64,000 nucleotides of DNA. Source: Octopus sinensis. Lineage: Eukaryota. The stretch lies in NCBI RefSeq assembly GCF_006345805.1, contig NC_043016.1:12524001-12588000 (forward strand), read 5' to 3'. This document shows positions 1 to 13,115 of this stretch, in pieces. The position numbers and the translations under genes are program-made. The notes under the pieces were generated by a model. The model was not told the DNA's origin. It worked only from the letters and a program-made list of their open reading frames with translations, and made no database searches. How positions within the stretch are numbered: the first letter of the stretch is position 1; the number at the start of each line of letters is the position of its first letter.

Positions 1-624
1 CCCCAAGTGTCACTTTGTTGACCAGATGAAATCAGAAATAGGGCTGCTGACATAAGGAAGGTGTCTTGTCTCTCCTTATGGCATAACACCGATGAAGTCA
101 TTTCATGGTTTAACCGTTTCATTACCAATCTGCATGAAACCACCTCTGGCTTTGTAGTACAAATTGAAAGAAACACAGAACATCTCAACAGAAATATGGT
201 CACGAAAGGGTTAAAATATATAATAAACAATCCTTAACCCTTTTGATACCAAATGGCTCTGGCTCTGTAGTACAAATGTCTTGTTTTCATGTTTTGAATT
301 AAAATCTTCCACCAAACCTTAGTCACAATTTATGTTCCTAACACTAGCTTAATGATAACTAAGTTATTTTACTAAATTCTTTGTTATATTTCAAATTAAT
401 TGAAAGAGACACAGAGCATTTCAAAATAAATGCAGTAATGAAAGGGTTAAGGCAAGCCAATTTGATATTATAAGACCTTTATCCATCTACATTGAAAGAG
501 TTCTGACTGAGCAGAACTAAGATCAAAGGTATTTCCACCATGAACATCCTCCCATTCTCTTGGATATTGCATGCATTATTATTCAGTTTTCATCTCTTTT
601 CAGGACAGTCTGGTGTGATTTTAG
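1..624 (+). repeat. Local diverged duplicate of 4677-5003 (this copy carries MITE insertions)
   Basis: ccccaagtgtcactttgttgacca...catggtttaa and ggcaagccaa...caggacagtctggtgtgattttag align colinearly with 4677-5003. Confidence 0.85.
114..446 (+). mobile_element. Two tandem piggyBac-type (TTAA) MITEs: 114-210 and 238-446
   Basis: TTAA at 110-113, 211-214, 234-237 and 447-450; termini cc(c/g)ttt...aaaggg; internal sequence matches the inverted copy at 47020-47240. Confidence 0.8.
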
Positions 625-1306
625 AGTCAGAGTTTACAGTAATGCCATGCCAATAAACTATCATCACATTTTACTGTAAAATAATACTTTATTTCATAAA
701 ATTTGTCATCATAGACAGTACAAAGATCGTGTAGCTTTGCGGGCTGGACAAACACATTAATGAATGAAAATGAAATATAATGAATAAATGAGAGACGAAA
801 CCCAACACCTGCCGATTGGATTTTTCTCGAAAACATAATTTCTTTTTTTTAAAAATCAATATGAGGTTTCAAACCTCTTACAAGAAGGAGGCACTAAAAA
901 CTCTTACAAGCTACTTTCTTTCATTTAGTTTGCCACAAGGGCAGCACATAGATTTACAACAATTCTCCTTGTCAGGTCCCCCAAGCAAAGTGACTTGCCG
1001 CTTGCAGACAACTCTGCAACAACAAGTCGGGGCCTGCAAAGAGGAAAGCAAATTCTTTCTTGTCCAACGTCACTGTGACCTTTGACAAAATGTTTTCCGT
1101 TACTACCTCCGCAGCCACCTGCGTAGGCCATAACGAACTACTTGGGCAGACCGTGTACACACGTGCTCGGTCACCCAAGCCGTCCAAAAATTTTTTCACC
1201 ATTCCTCCCTCGTGGTAAAGGAGGATAAACACCTCCTCTTCACAGGAAGGGACCTCACACTGCTCCATCAGTGGCACACTTCCATGTAAAATAATACTTG
1301 TTGTTT

Positions 1307-1584
1307 TAGTTATTCTCAACCATTTTTTGCCTATGGATTCCTTCGATTCCTATTTTACTCCACTTGACCCCTATTCTTTTCCTTGTTTCAGTCATTTGAC
1401 TGCAGTCATGCTAGGGCACTGCCTTTAGTCAAGCAAATCGACCCCAGAACTTATTCTTTGCAAGCCAAGTACTTATTCTATCAGTCACTTTTGCCAAATT
1501 GTTAAGTTACAGGAATGTAAACACACAAACATAGTTTGTCAGGCGATGTTGGAAGCACAAACACAGACACACAACACAGACACA

Positions 1585-1676
<92 letters not shown>

Positions 1677-1988
1677 TATTGGGCTTTTTTCAGTTTCCCT
1701 CTACCAAATCCACTCACAAGGCTTTGGTCAACCTGAGGCTATAGAAGACATTTGCCCAAGGTGCCACACAGTAGGACTGAACCCGGGACCTATTATATTT
1801 TTATAATTAAATATTTGGAATTGCATTTTTAAAAAATTGTTAAAACATTTTGTGTATTGTAGATATATAACCAATTTATTGCTCATAAACTTTAACAAAA
1901 TCTTATATGGGGCCCTCAAGGGTAATTTGTACCCTTAGGGGTCATATGTACTTTTAGGGATCGTATGGACCCTGGCTGACAATCACTG
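1307..1988. mobile_element. Degenerate hAT/Charlie-like MITE interrupted by a SINE
   Basis: Ends tagttattctcaacc and ggctgacaatcactg resemble CAGTGGTTCTCAACC-type TIRs; no clean 8-bp TSD. Confidence 0.4.
1378..1790 (-). mobile_element. tRNA-derived CORE-type SINE (family A) with internal (CA)n; tRNA head truncated
   Basis: Minus strand gggttcagtcc (B box), ccttgggcaaatgtcttc CORE-like block and shared 3' tail; matches about 10 other copies in the window. Confidence 0.85.
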
Positions 1989-2597
1989 TTTTAAACCAAG
2001 AGTAAACAAAGGAAAGAAAAAATGTGTTTCTCTGTATTTTTTAATTATGTCTCTTTTTATGACAAGTAAAAATGAAATGACGTTCTCAAGACCTTCAAAT
2101 TCCATATTTATTGCTGTTATATTAAAGTAACTGCCAATCATTAATAGCAAACATGAGAAGGACAGCTCTCTGAAACAGAACACTCTGCATTCATAGGAAT
2201 TCAGTCAAACAAGCAGAATGAAAAATATTTGTTTAAAAATAACAAGCATACTTCAAGGGCACTGATATGGTGTCTAAAGCCAGCTAGAGACGACGATCTC
2301 TTGGGGCTTTAAAGCTACAGTAACACCCCCTCCCCTATGTGGTTAGCCATGATAAGATGGCTTCTATACTTTACATTATCGAGCGATTACTGTTTCAATC
2401 TCATTCTGAGATTTAATTATGCAAACAAGCATACTGTTATATCATTAAAATAAATAAAATAATATTTGATCTGCAACTAAAACAATTCACAAATAGAGAC
2501 GTGTTTACTGTTTTATTTTGCTATATTTGTTCTGCAATAAATTTCCATGGAATTAAAACAGCTATACCGTTATAGAGTCAGGTTAATCATTGAAACA

Positions 2598-2759
2598 TGT
2601 GCAGGCCTGGCTGTGTGGTAAGAAATTTGCTTGGCAACCACATGGTTCTGGGTTCAGTCCCACTGTGATGCACCCTTGGTAAGTGTCTTTTATCATAGCC
2701 CTGGGCTAACCAAAGCCTTGTGAGTGAACTTGGTTGACAGAAACTGAAAGAAGCTCCTC
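2598..2759 (+). mobile_element. SINE family A 5' part
   Basis: tggctgtgtggtaag A box, gggttcagtccc B box, then aagccttgtgagtg...gaaactgaaagaag; runs into (TATC)n. Confidence 0.85.
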
Positions 2760-2950
<191 letters not shown>

Positions 2951-2992
2951 TGTCTATCTATTTCTGTATACACTCATACACACATACACACA

Positions 2993-3161
2993 CATCATCA
3001 TCATCATCATCATCATCGTCATCATCGTTTAACGTCCATCTTCCATGCATGCATGGATAGGATGGTTGACAGGAGCCAGCCAGGTAGAAAATCTACCTAA
3101 AGTTACTGTATCTGTTTTAGCAGAGAGTTTATAGCTGGATGCCCTTCCTAACACCAACCAC
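2993..3161 (-). mobile_element. RTE-clade LINE 3' end with (GAT)n tail
   Basis: (cat)n-cgtttaacgtcc...gctggatgcccttcctaacaccaacca is the reverse complement of the 3' UTR attached to the RTE RT remnant at 28165-29246. Confidence 0.8.
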
Positions 3162-3974
3162 TGTCTGTCTGTCTCTCTCCCCCCTCTTCTCTTCCCCCTC
3201 TCTCTCTCCCCCTCTCTCTCTTCCCCCTCTCTCCTCTTCCCTCTCCCCCCCTCTCTCCTCCCCCTCCCCCCTCTCTCTCTCTCTGAGTAGTCCTAAATCA
3301 AAGGATTTCCAACCATGACCAGTCAGTTTTTTTCAGACAGTGTAAGTACAATTACATTACTCAGTGCATCTACTTGTGTTTATTTAAAAGACAGCTTTAA
3401 AATCAATTTTATTGTTACATAGCCCTCAGGTGAACCCTGATAAAGTGTAAATTATGATGTAAAGCTATTCCAACTGTGACCATCCGATTTAAAAAAAAAA
3501 TTTTTTTATCTGATACAGTATGCTTAGGATCACATTATCCAATGTCCCTTTTTCTTAAAGACAACAGGGTGTAATCTGAGGCAGATTTGGTTTCTAATTT
3601 TAGCAGACCAAACAAATGTAGAGATTTCCTCCTTGGCCTATCATTGGGCAGCGTAGAAGTGCAATGAATGAGGCCGAATAGTTTTACTTGGATGGCTTTT
3701 CTCTCCAATGATGTCCTTATTGTTATCTTCCAGCATCACTTATATGTCTGCTAAGTGGTGAGGATGAAAAAGTTTCAATAATATTGGTGGGGTGGGTTCT
3801 GTGGGATGGGGGTGGATGTGTGTGTGTGAGTATGTTGGGGTTGGTATTTGTCAGTTTGGGAACCAATTGAGCTACATTATGTCTCTTTCTTAGTAACATG
3901 CTTTCTTCATTTAGAGTATGAGTACCATGAAACCAGCCAACTTCAAAAAGTATATATAGATATAGATATAGTTC

Positions 3975-4150
3975 AAATTTATAGATAAATAAAATAGGAA
4001 GACAGGTGCAGGAACAACAAGCAAGTGTTTTAGTTTGACACTTGGGCAAAATGGAAAAGTCTTTTATGTTTTGAGCCTATGCTCTTTGATAGAAAAGAAC
4101 AAGAGGAAATAGAGAGAGAATGAAAAAAATGTGTTGACTTCAGTGGTCCA
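3975..4150 (-). repeat. Short dispersed repeat, probably derived from a PLE terminal repeat (also 19335-19535 +, 50195-50370 +, 62175-62270 -)
   Basis: Shared gaagacaggtg...aacaacaagca and gagc-ntag-gctc hairpin block; copies adjoin simple repeats, mostly (TA)n. Confidence 0.55.
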
Positions 4151-4676
4151 AGACACACACGGGGGCACATGTGCGCACATACACACACACACACACGCAC
4201 ACTTTTATATTGTTAAGCAGTATATTATTGGTCATGGCATTACAGTATATCACTGGCCAGAATGATGCTGATGGTTTTATATTGACTATTGCAGTGTTTC
4301 ATGTCAACTATTGGCAGATATGCTGGCCAGAAGTACATAGCCTCTTTTATGTTGGATGTAAATATACAATCTAGTTTTGCTAGGTGATGATAAAAAGTGG
4401 AATGAAAAATGGTAGGGAAAGAAAATTTGTCTCCCTGGAGACAATGTCAGCTGTGATCAAAGGGAGTCAGCTGTGCATGTGTACATATTTTCTATTCTCT
4501 AGTCTGAAAAAGGGATGACCATTATTCTAAGACAAATTTTCTATCATGAAGGCACCAATAAAACACCTCAATTTTTTAGTTCAGAAGGTACCTAGAGTTA
4601 GCTTGCACATTGGATATAGCAGACTGAGGAATGTCATTATAACTATTAGGATCATAAGCTGAACTTTTGTTCCAGC

Positions 4677-5003
4677 CCCAGGTGTCACTTTGTTGACCAA
4701 ACGAAATCAGAAATTGGGCTGCTAGATAAACACACACTGAGGAAGATAAATGTCTTGTCTCTCCTTACGGCATAACACCAATGAAGCCATTTCATGGTTT
4801 AAGGCAAGCCAAGTTAGAGGCAGAGCAAGGTTCACCCAATTTGATACTATAAGACCTTTATCCATCTACATTGAAAGAGTTCTGACTGAGCAGAAAAAAG
4901 ATCAAAGGCATTTCCACCATGAACATCCTCCCATTCTCTTGGACATGGCATACATCATTATTCAGTTTTCATCTCTTTTCAGGACAGTCTGGTGTGATTT
5001 TAG
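4677..5003 (+). repeat. Paralog of 1-624 with an empty TTAA site
   Basis: catggtTTAAggcaagcc with no insertion; flanks colinear with 1-113 and 447-624. Confidence 0.85.
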
Positions 5004-6200
5004 AAAGATGTGATTACTATTTCTAGCATATCAATTGACTACATAGCAGTTACTTTGTTGGCTCATATATTTTCCATTTGAAAGATATAAATTAATTTAG
5101 TAGTGCTCTGACAGTTTCACAGCTTGCTCTTCTCAATTTGAACCCTCAGAAGTCTTGTTTACTTATATTATAAATCTTTATTACAGATTTTCTTCCACTT
5201 CAGCTCAACAAAAGTTCATTGTATTATCTTGACAATTGCTATCATAACTTTTATATATAAAATCCTAGCAACTGCTTAGTTTTATCATTCTTTGAAAATG
5301 TTTTTGCTTATCTGTGTAGCAATGCATATAACCTTTTCTGGACAACCTACACCAAATGATAGCAGAAAACTGGGAGGAGTGAATATAGTTTTTTTTTTTT
5401 CTTCAGCTTTTAAGTCAGTAGAAGTAAAGGAACTAGAACTGATGTTCTGCACTGGCAAACAGTAATACTTAATATTCAAAACTTTTGAAGGTGTTTTCTG
5501 CCATGAAAAAGAAAAGAAGTTGTATGGTGCAAATATATTTTATTCAAATTTTAATTGCGTAACTATTCCGCTCTCATAGGTCCACATCTAAGTAGAGAGG
5601 CTAGAGTAGAAGTGACAGGGTGTCACTTCTAGTCTAGCCTTTCTACTTACTCTCTTTCTCTACCTCTTGTATTCCTAGCCTTTCTCCTTCCCTTTCATCT
5701 ACTTCCCCCTTCTTTTCTCTGTCACTCCCTCTCCCTGTTGCCTTTCCTCTCTGCCTGCTGCTGTCACGTGACCAGTGGTCAGTTCCTCTTTTTCTTCCTT
5801 TCTTAGACTGGACCCTTAGCTGACCAGTTGCAAATTCTGTCTCTCCATTCGCCATCCTTCCAAATATTTTCATAGCGTTTCCCATTATTCTTGTCTCCTT
5901 GACCCAAGGCCGCATTTTGTTCGACTGCTTCTCCTTGTCTACCATCCTAAATCACACTCTGTGTCATTTTGCTTGTTTTGCTTCATTTACTTTGCTCTTC
6001 TCCCTAATTCTATACAAGAAAATTTATCTTTTTTCAAGTACCGCCAGTTGGAAAGCATTCAGTCTTATCATTAAAGGTGTGAAACTGTACAGTACCATTG
6101 GTCGATAACTGATAAAGAATTATGGACTTTCTGTTTGTCTCCGTCTCTCCGTTCGTTTTTACATTCAATATATGTTACATTGTTTGTTTATAAATTTTTC

Positions 6201-6243
<43 letters not shown>

Positions 6244-6299
6244 TATACACACCACATATATATTTATCAATCGAAGTGTACAATATTATATATCTTTTA

Positions 6300-6545
6300 C
6301 ACACAATCTTACTGATCAGTTTTGCACTAGGGGTTCAATGGAGTGTTTGGTAACAATCCGATTATGTAACCTTGTGTTCTTCAGAGATGGCAGTTATGAA
6401 ATGATGTGTATGCTCACTGGATGTGTCTGCTCGCCTCCAACAATAGAAAGCAGTAACCATATTTCAGGTACCTAACACTCCGTTGAACTGCTAGTGTGAA
6501 ACTGATCAGTAAGACTGGTTGTAACGGATATATAATACCTCCCAC
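6300..6545. mobile_element. Inverted pair of PLE terminal-repeat fragments (same family as 61030-61200)
   Basis: 6307-6348 is the reverse complement of 6474-6514; both parts match the 3' region downstream of the GIY-YIG remnant at 61662-61988. Confidence 0.7.
6305..6388 (-). ncRNA. Type I hammerhead ribozyme motif (G12 to A, probably inactive)
   Basis: Minus strand atct-CTGAAGA-acacaagg...cctagtgc-AAAA-CTGATCAG-TA-agat; stem I atct/agat; palindromic stem III ACTGATCAGT. Confidence 0.65.
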
Positions 6546-6657
6546 TTCAATTAATATATCAACTCTGCTGATGTATGCATGGGTGCATTTTTACCTGACT
6601 TATGGATTCTTAGATGACTACATACATACATGCTATATACATACATACATACATACA

Positions 6658-6704
<47 letters not shown>

Positions 6705-7234
6705 CATACATGGCAATTTCTAAGTGTCTGTCTTTTATTCTCTTAGTGCTTAAACCAGCAAATTAATATTCATGAAACTTTGTGTGCATGTTACATTAAC
6801 ATCCAGTCCAATAAGAAGCTGATTGAATTTCAATTAAAATCTATAATGAGCCCCCACTAGGGGCATTGGGTGAATTGTATGATAAAATGAGAAGGTTGCA
6901 AAAAGTATTAATCAGAAGGAAAGGTTTTAACAGAGCGAGGGTGACTTATATCAGTGAAGGCGAGAACAGTGGTGGCAACGGTATGATAATATTACTACAG
7001 CTGTCATATACATGTGATGCTGCAATGCATACTTTCGTAAATACATAGATACAACACACACACATACATACACAGAAAGAGGGGTTTGAGGAATATGTAG
7101 CTTTAAGGAGAGAGGGGGTAGGTGGCTTTTCTGTCATCCATTGCAAAGAAACACTCACCACAGACACATACATGTACATATATATATACATACATACATA
7201 TATTTACTATACACCAGTTTAATCTCTTGATTAC

Positions 7235-7828
7235 CTGTACATACATTTGTAAATGTGTGTGTGTGACGTCCTACAACTGTCTGACTCTCTACTTTTGTAG
7301 GGTCTTCCCTGTTGCTGTCACATATTGTGTGATTTTAAAATTACGTCAAAATTTCCAAATTTGGTATATTGAAGTAATTTTCAACACTAAATCCAATTTT
7401 GTTATTTATTTGTTCCAGAAGAGTTGCAGAAAAATTTTACTGAAGTTTAAAGTTAAATCAATTTTACCTAATCAGAAAACAAGATTTGGAAGCTGACATT
7501 TTCTACATAATAGCTGTCTATCACAAAATGAAAGTAAAATCATTAGGATGAGGAATTTTTATTAAACAAATGAAAGCAAAGCATTACAACAACCAAAGTT
7601 GTAAGAACTTCTGGAAGTTTTAATTAATAAAGTCATGTGAAACAGTTGACCAGACACGTAAATAATTAAGAAAATAAAAAATCCTCGACAAAGTTTTTTG
7701 GGTGAAAAATTGCACAAATTTGTCCTGATTTTTATCAGGGAAAGCATGGTCTGACATGGAATAAACAAAAATTTATGCAAGTCATTCTATTATAAAAATT
7801 GCCTGGCAACGACGGGCTATTCAGTTAG
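7235..7828 (+). mobile_element. Non-autonomous Helitron remnant
   Basis: 3' end gcctggcaacgacgggc hairpin followed by tattcag-TTAG|T (CTAG-like); 5' boundary uncertain. Confidence 0.5.
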
Positions 7829-7883
<55 letters not shown>

Positions 7884-8220
7884 ACAAACACACACACACA
7901 CACACACACATATAAGTAGATAGACAGATAGACAGACAAACAGATAGATAGATTATTATGTTTATGTGTTTGTTTGGCAAGATTCTTGATGTGAAATAGA
8001 GTATTGAATCAGATATTGTTATTTTAGATAAATACAAACATGACGATATTGTCATAGTTAGAGTTCTTTCATCACAGAATATGTGACAAAAGAACTCTGG
8101 CAAATAAACTAATAATGATAATAATAATGATGATGATAATGATGATGATGATATTGATCTTGGGCTGCAATGATAAACCCTTCTGTTTCTGTTATTTTTA
8201 TTATTGTTGTTGTTGTTATT

Positions 8221-8342
8221 AAGGTGGTGAGCTAGCAGAATTGTTAGCATGTCGGGTAAAATGCTTAGCAGTATTTCATCTGCCACTATGTTCTGAGTTC
8301 AAATTCCCCGCCAAATTTCAGACCTTGTGCTTTTAGTAGAAA
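8221..8342 (+). mobile_element. tRNA-derived SINE family B, internally deleted
   Basis: ggtggtgagctagcagaa...gagttcaaattcc B box...ccttgtgc tail; matches 14687-14903 in reverse. Confidence 0.75.
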
Positions 8343-8440
8343 TTATGATGATGATGATGATCATCATCATCATCATCACCACCACCACCATATCATCATT
8401 ATAAATAATAATAATAATAATAATAACAACAACAGAAACA

Positions 8441-9660
8441 GATGGGTTTATTATAGCAGCCCAAGATCAATGCTTACCTAGAAGGAACTTCCAGGCCAAC
8501 ATATTAAAGAACAGCAGTAACATACAGTAACATACACAACAACATGTGTATGTAAACAACAAAATGAAACCATTGATCATGTTGTCTCCATGAGCAGTTG
8601 AGCCAGAAGCCTCTGCGTGGACAGTAAATACTTTGAAGCTGAAATGCCGATGTAGACCAAGCAACAACCCACCAGTGGCTGAAAAGTTCAGGACTGAAAG
8701 CAGAATCTGAAGGTTTCATATTGGCGACACAAGATCAAAGCTTACTTTCCAGAAACTACCAGGCTAACGTTCTTCAAAACGGTTCTGACCCTGAATGCAG
8801 ATTCTGTGACACATTTGAAGAAACAATAGACCATCTTGTTTTGGGATGTCCTGTGCTGACACCAAATGAATATAAAAATTACCATGATAGGGTCGGACAG
8901 TATTTACATTGGAAGATATGTAAACAGTACAAAATCGGTACTCCTGCTTACTGGTACGAACATCATCCCAAGCCAATCATTGAAAGTAAAAATGTCACTT
9001 TCCTCTAGGATTTTCCAGTCAACACCAATAGAACGGTCCAGACTAATTGACCAGACATAATTATTAAAGACAGAGAAGAAAATACTTGTAAACTAATAAA
9101 TGTAAGTGTTCCCACTGATAAAAATATATCTGTAAAGGAATTTGACAAATTAAGTAAACATAAGGACCTGGAAATTGAAATACAGAAGATGTGGCATCTT
9201 AAAGCAAGAACTGTTCCTGTTATTGTAGGTGCTCTAGGTATGATAAAGAAGGGATGTCAGAAACATCTCGACCATATTCTAGGAGAACTATGTCATAATG
9301 TGATCCAAAAGATTGTGCTGATGAAAACTACCCGCATCCTTAGAAAAACCTTATCACTTTTAATGTTTGTGTTGTATTAAATGAAGATATTTGGCTACTG
9401 CCTCTGCCACTTCCTCTACCCAAGCTTCCAGTTATACTGTAACATCTCTTATCCTTCATTCGTCCTAGGACGCTGGGTGTGTCTCAGCAAGGGATTGTAA
9501 CAAACATGCAGATTAAAAGTAAATAATAATGATGGTACCCTAGGCATAACACCAACATGAACTTCCAACTTGTCTCTTGAGGTCGCTAGGCGAGACTTGG
9601 AGCCAACTTGTAGAAATGTAAAGCAAAAGTCAAACATGAAATAATAATAATAACAATAAC

Positions 9661-9712
<52 letters not shown>

Positions 9713-9932
9713 TACTTTCGCAAAATACTTTCTATGTAATCTCAAGTTTTAAAACAAACATAATTTTCGTATGTTTTTTTTAGACATTCACTAGTACAAC
9801 ACTAAATACAAAACCAAATATATGGCACACTAGGCATAACAACAACATGAACTTCCAACCTGTTGTCTCTTGAGGTCTCTGGGTGAGAATTGGAGCCAAC
9901 TTGTTCAAATATAAAGCAAAAGTGAAACATAG
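8441..9932 (+). mobile_element. Array of R4/Dong-type (RLE) non-LTR retrotransposon 3' fragments embedded in (TAA)n
   Basis: Translation gives GFILATQDQSL, CCHC knuckle CRFC...ETIDHLVLGC, YHDRV (RHD motif), PDIII..D/E nuclease motif, VPVIVGALG and ILRKTL; additional 3' ends at 9535-9640 and 9712-9932, each followed by (TAA)n. Confidence 0.85.
8600..9380 (+). pseudogene. RLE retrotransposon ORF C-terminus (zinc knuckle plus restriction-like endonuclease), with in-frame stops
   Basis: ORFs 8721-9008 and 9189-9380 are in the same frame, separated by stop codons. Confidence 0.8.
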
Positions 9933-9951
9933 AATAATAATAATAACAATG

Positions 9952-10004
<53 letters not shown>

Positions 10005-10734
10005 AAAGTGAAAATCAAATAGTGCGTGTGTTTTTTGTGTGCCCCCAAGTATAAAAACGCGTGTGTATGCATGCATGTACGTACGTATGTATGTTTGTAT
10101 GTAGATATAGAGACAGATACATTAAGAAGGGAGGTAACCAAGTAAAAAGTGTTGACTCGGTCAATGACCAAACTGGGGGGAGTGCCTGTGTGCGTGTCTA
10201 TGTGTGTCATGGGGGAGGGGTGCTGCTAGGTCAATGTGACAAAAAATTGATTCGTTACAAATGTTAGAGGAGCGAAGATAAGGAGGAAAAGGATTGTAGC
10301 AAACTTGGGATTGTAAGCTGTAAACACGAATAAACGGACATACCAACGTTCACAATCACATTTGTAATAAAAAAAGAAATGTTTATTTTGTTTTGGTTGA
10401 GGAGACAAACGAAGACACGTTGCTGCTGTTTTTATTTGTTTTCTTTTTTCCTTAGGTCTGATAGAATAGATCAGACCTACTATAATCAAGCGTGTTCCAA
10501 ACGTTACTATTCCATTCTTGGCGGAATTCCGTTTTACACACGGCATAACTTTTTTATTTGCAGAAACGAACAAAAAGAAAAAGAAAAGAAAAGAATATTT
10601 GTGCGTGATTTAACAGCTATTTAGCTGTTGATTTTAACACATCTCACGACTATCTGATACGATCCTCGTTCTCTGTCACTCTGATATCTTTCTCCCCATA
10701 AACACGTTTAATGATCAATTGCTGGGATTTAAGC

Positions 10735-11273
10735 AAAAAATATCGGACTGTCCATATTTCAAACTGGGATATATAAAAAAAAAATCGAAAAATTAAAAAA
10801 AAATTGTTTCTTAATTTCGAAAAATTAAAGAAAATTTTTTCTTTTGTTTTTGCCTTGTTGTTTGAATTCCCGTGTATAGGAAATAAACTCGCAAAATTGT
10901 TTCTAAATTCCAGAAAATAAAAAAGTTATGAGGGGTTATATGCAATGTGTAAAGCAGAATTCTACTCCATATTCTATCCCCTCACCCGCTCAAAAACTTA
11001 CTCTCTCTCAAATATAAAATACCAAAATTTTAGATTTTGGCAACTTTGCAGAATATGTGCATAATCAAAATCGTCCCAGAACCTGCTGTAAAAAAAAATA
11101 AAATCCAAATCCACTCACAAGGCTTCAGTCAGGTCGAGGCTATAGCAGAAGACACTTGCCCAAGGTGCCACACAATGGGACTGAACACAGAATCATGTGG
11201 TCGGTAAGGAAGCTACTTATCACGCAGCCATGCCTCTGCCTATACTAGGAATTTCGGACTGACCGTATTTTTT
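10735..11273. mobile_element. Putative MITE with ~25 bp imperfect TIRs, carrying a SINE A fragment (11103-11241, minus)
   Basis: aaaaaatatcggactgtccatatttc versus ggaatttcggactgaccgtatttttt. Confidence 0.45.
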
Positions 11274-11346
11274 TCTTTTTTAGTGGCTGTCTGTTGAACC
11301 TGAGAAAGCCAGTTCTGCAATTTCTTACTAAACAACTTCTTTGACT

Positions 11347-11723
11347 TTTACTTGTTTCAGCCATGCTGGAGCACCACCTTTAGTCGAGCAAATCGACCCC
11401 AGGACTTATTCTTTGTAAGCCTAGTATTTATTCTGTCGGTTTCTTTTGCCGAACCGCTAAGTTATGGGAACATAAACACACCAACATCTGTTGTCAAGCG
11501 ATTTTGGGGGGACAAACACAGACACACAAACATATACACATACACACATACATATATATACATAAATACAATGGGCTTCTTTCAGTTTCCATCTATCAAA
11601 TCCACTCACAAGACTTTGGTCAGCCCGAGGCTATAGTAGAAGACACTTACCCAAGGTGCCACACAGCGGGACTGAACCCGGAACCATGTGGTTGGTAAGC
11701 AAGCTTCTTACCACACAGCCACT
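11347..11723 (-). mobile_element. SINE family A, near full length
   Basis: Head gtggctgtgtggtaagaagcttg...ccgggttcagtccc, CORE block, internal (TATG/TG)n and 3' tail. Confidence 0.9.
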
Positions 11724-12940
11724 CTGGAAAGATTGTTTAATACCAATCAGATGTTTGTGCTATACATTAGTTCACTTCCTACATCAAATCGATGTTGTCT
11801 GTAAATGTGTATTGTGTGCCACATGTCAGATGTTGAAGTGATCACAGAGCAATAAGAGATGGATTGTTTTGCTCAACAACACAATGTACTGCCTAGTCTG
11901 GTAATCAAACCCATGATCTCACAATTGTCAGTGCAATACTCTAACCACTAGGCCACTTGCCCTCGTCAGGGACTATATTATCCAGTTAATTGACAACAGG
12001 ACATGATTTAACTCTTTAGCATTTAAACTGACCACATCAAACCCAAATAATATTCTATTGTTTTATATTCAAAGTGGCCTGGTTTGAAAATAGGAGAAGG
12101 TGAGCATCATTAGATTAGAGTAATTATCCAATGAAACTTATAGTTTGGTCACTGGTCAGTAAGTTTCTGATTGATAAGCAGTTAATGATGGGATAACCAT
12201 CTAAATATTAGATCTCTCAATATAAATATTTGATATACCAATTTTAGTTGCTATATTGATCAAGTTGACAAGAAATGCTCTTCTGATTTGGCTTCTCACA
12301 ACCACCATACAATGTCCTTTTAAAAATATAGTCACATTTCTGAAATCTCAAAGTTAGGAGATAATACATTATAAATTGAAACCAATTTGAATAAATATGC
12401 ATTATGTTTTACAGAGTTGTAATCTGAATGTCAAAGAGTTACTGTTTGCTTGGTTCCTAATTCTAAGAGATTGAGCAGCCACATAGAAGGTACCACACTG
12501 GAGGATCATATACAACAGAAATGCTTCCAATTACTACCTCCTTCCATTTCTGGGCATGCTCAAAGGAAATATAGTTATGGCAAGGAAGAAAAGCTTAATC
12601 ATATAATTGTTTACCAATTCATTATTGTTGTCATTGCCGTTGTGAAAAGATAACAACCTAAGACTGCATTATCCAACAAGTCCTTTTCTTAGGCAATAAG
12701 GTTTGACTTGAGGGAGATTTAGCTACTATTTCAAGTTTAGGTCAAGTGAGCAGCCTGAGACACTTCTGTTTGGTGTGACTGGTCAGCACTTATTACCAAC
12801 ATACAACTCTCTTTGGCACTAAACTGCTAGCTGTAGTAATACTAATAACATAAACAAATTGACAGAAAATATTGCATTACCAAAGATGATGTCACTTTGC
12901 TCCAGAATAGCTCAGATCAAGTAGCAAAGCTATAATTAAA

Positions 12941-13115
12941 TCATCATCATCATCGTTTAACATCCGCTTTCCATGCTAGCATGGGTTGGACGATTTGACT
13001 GAGTACTGACGAACCAGATGGCTGCACCAGACTCCAATTTGATCTGGCAGAGTTTCTACTGCTGGAGGCCCATCCTAATGCCAACCACTCCGAGAGTGTA
13101 GTGGAAGCTTTTATG
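12941..13115 (-). mobile_element. RTE LINE 3' end
   Basis: (cat)n-cgtttaacatccgctttccatgctagcatgggttggacg...ccaaccactccgagagtgtagtgg. Confidence 0.85.
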
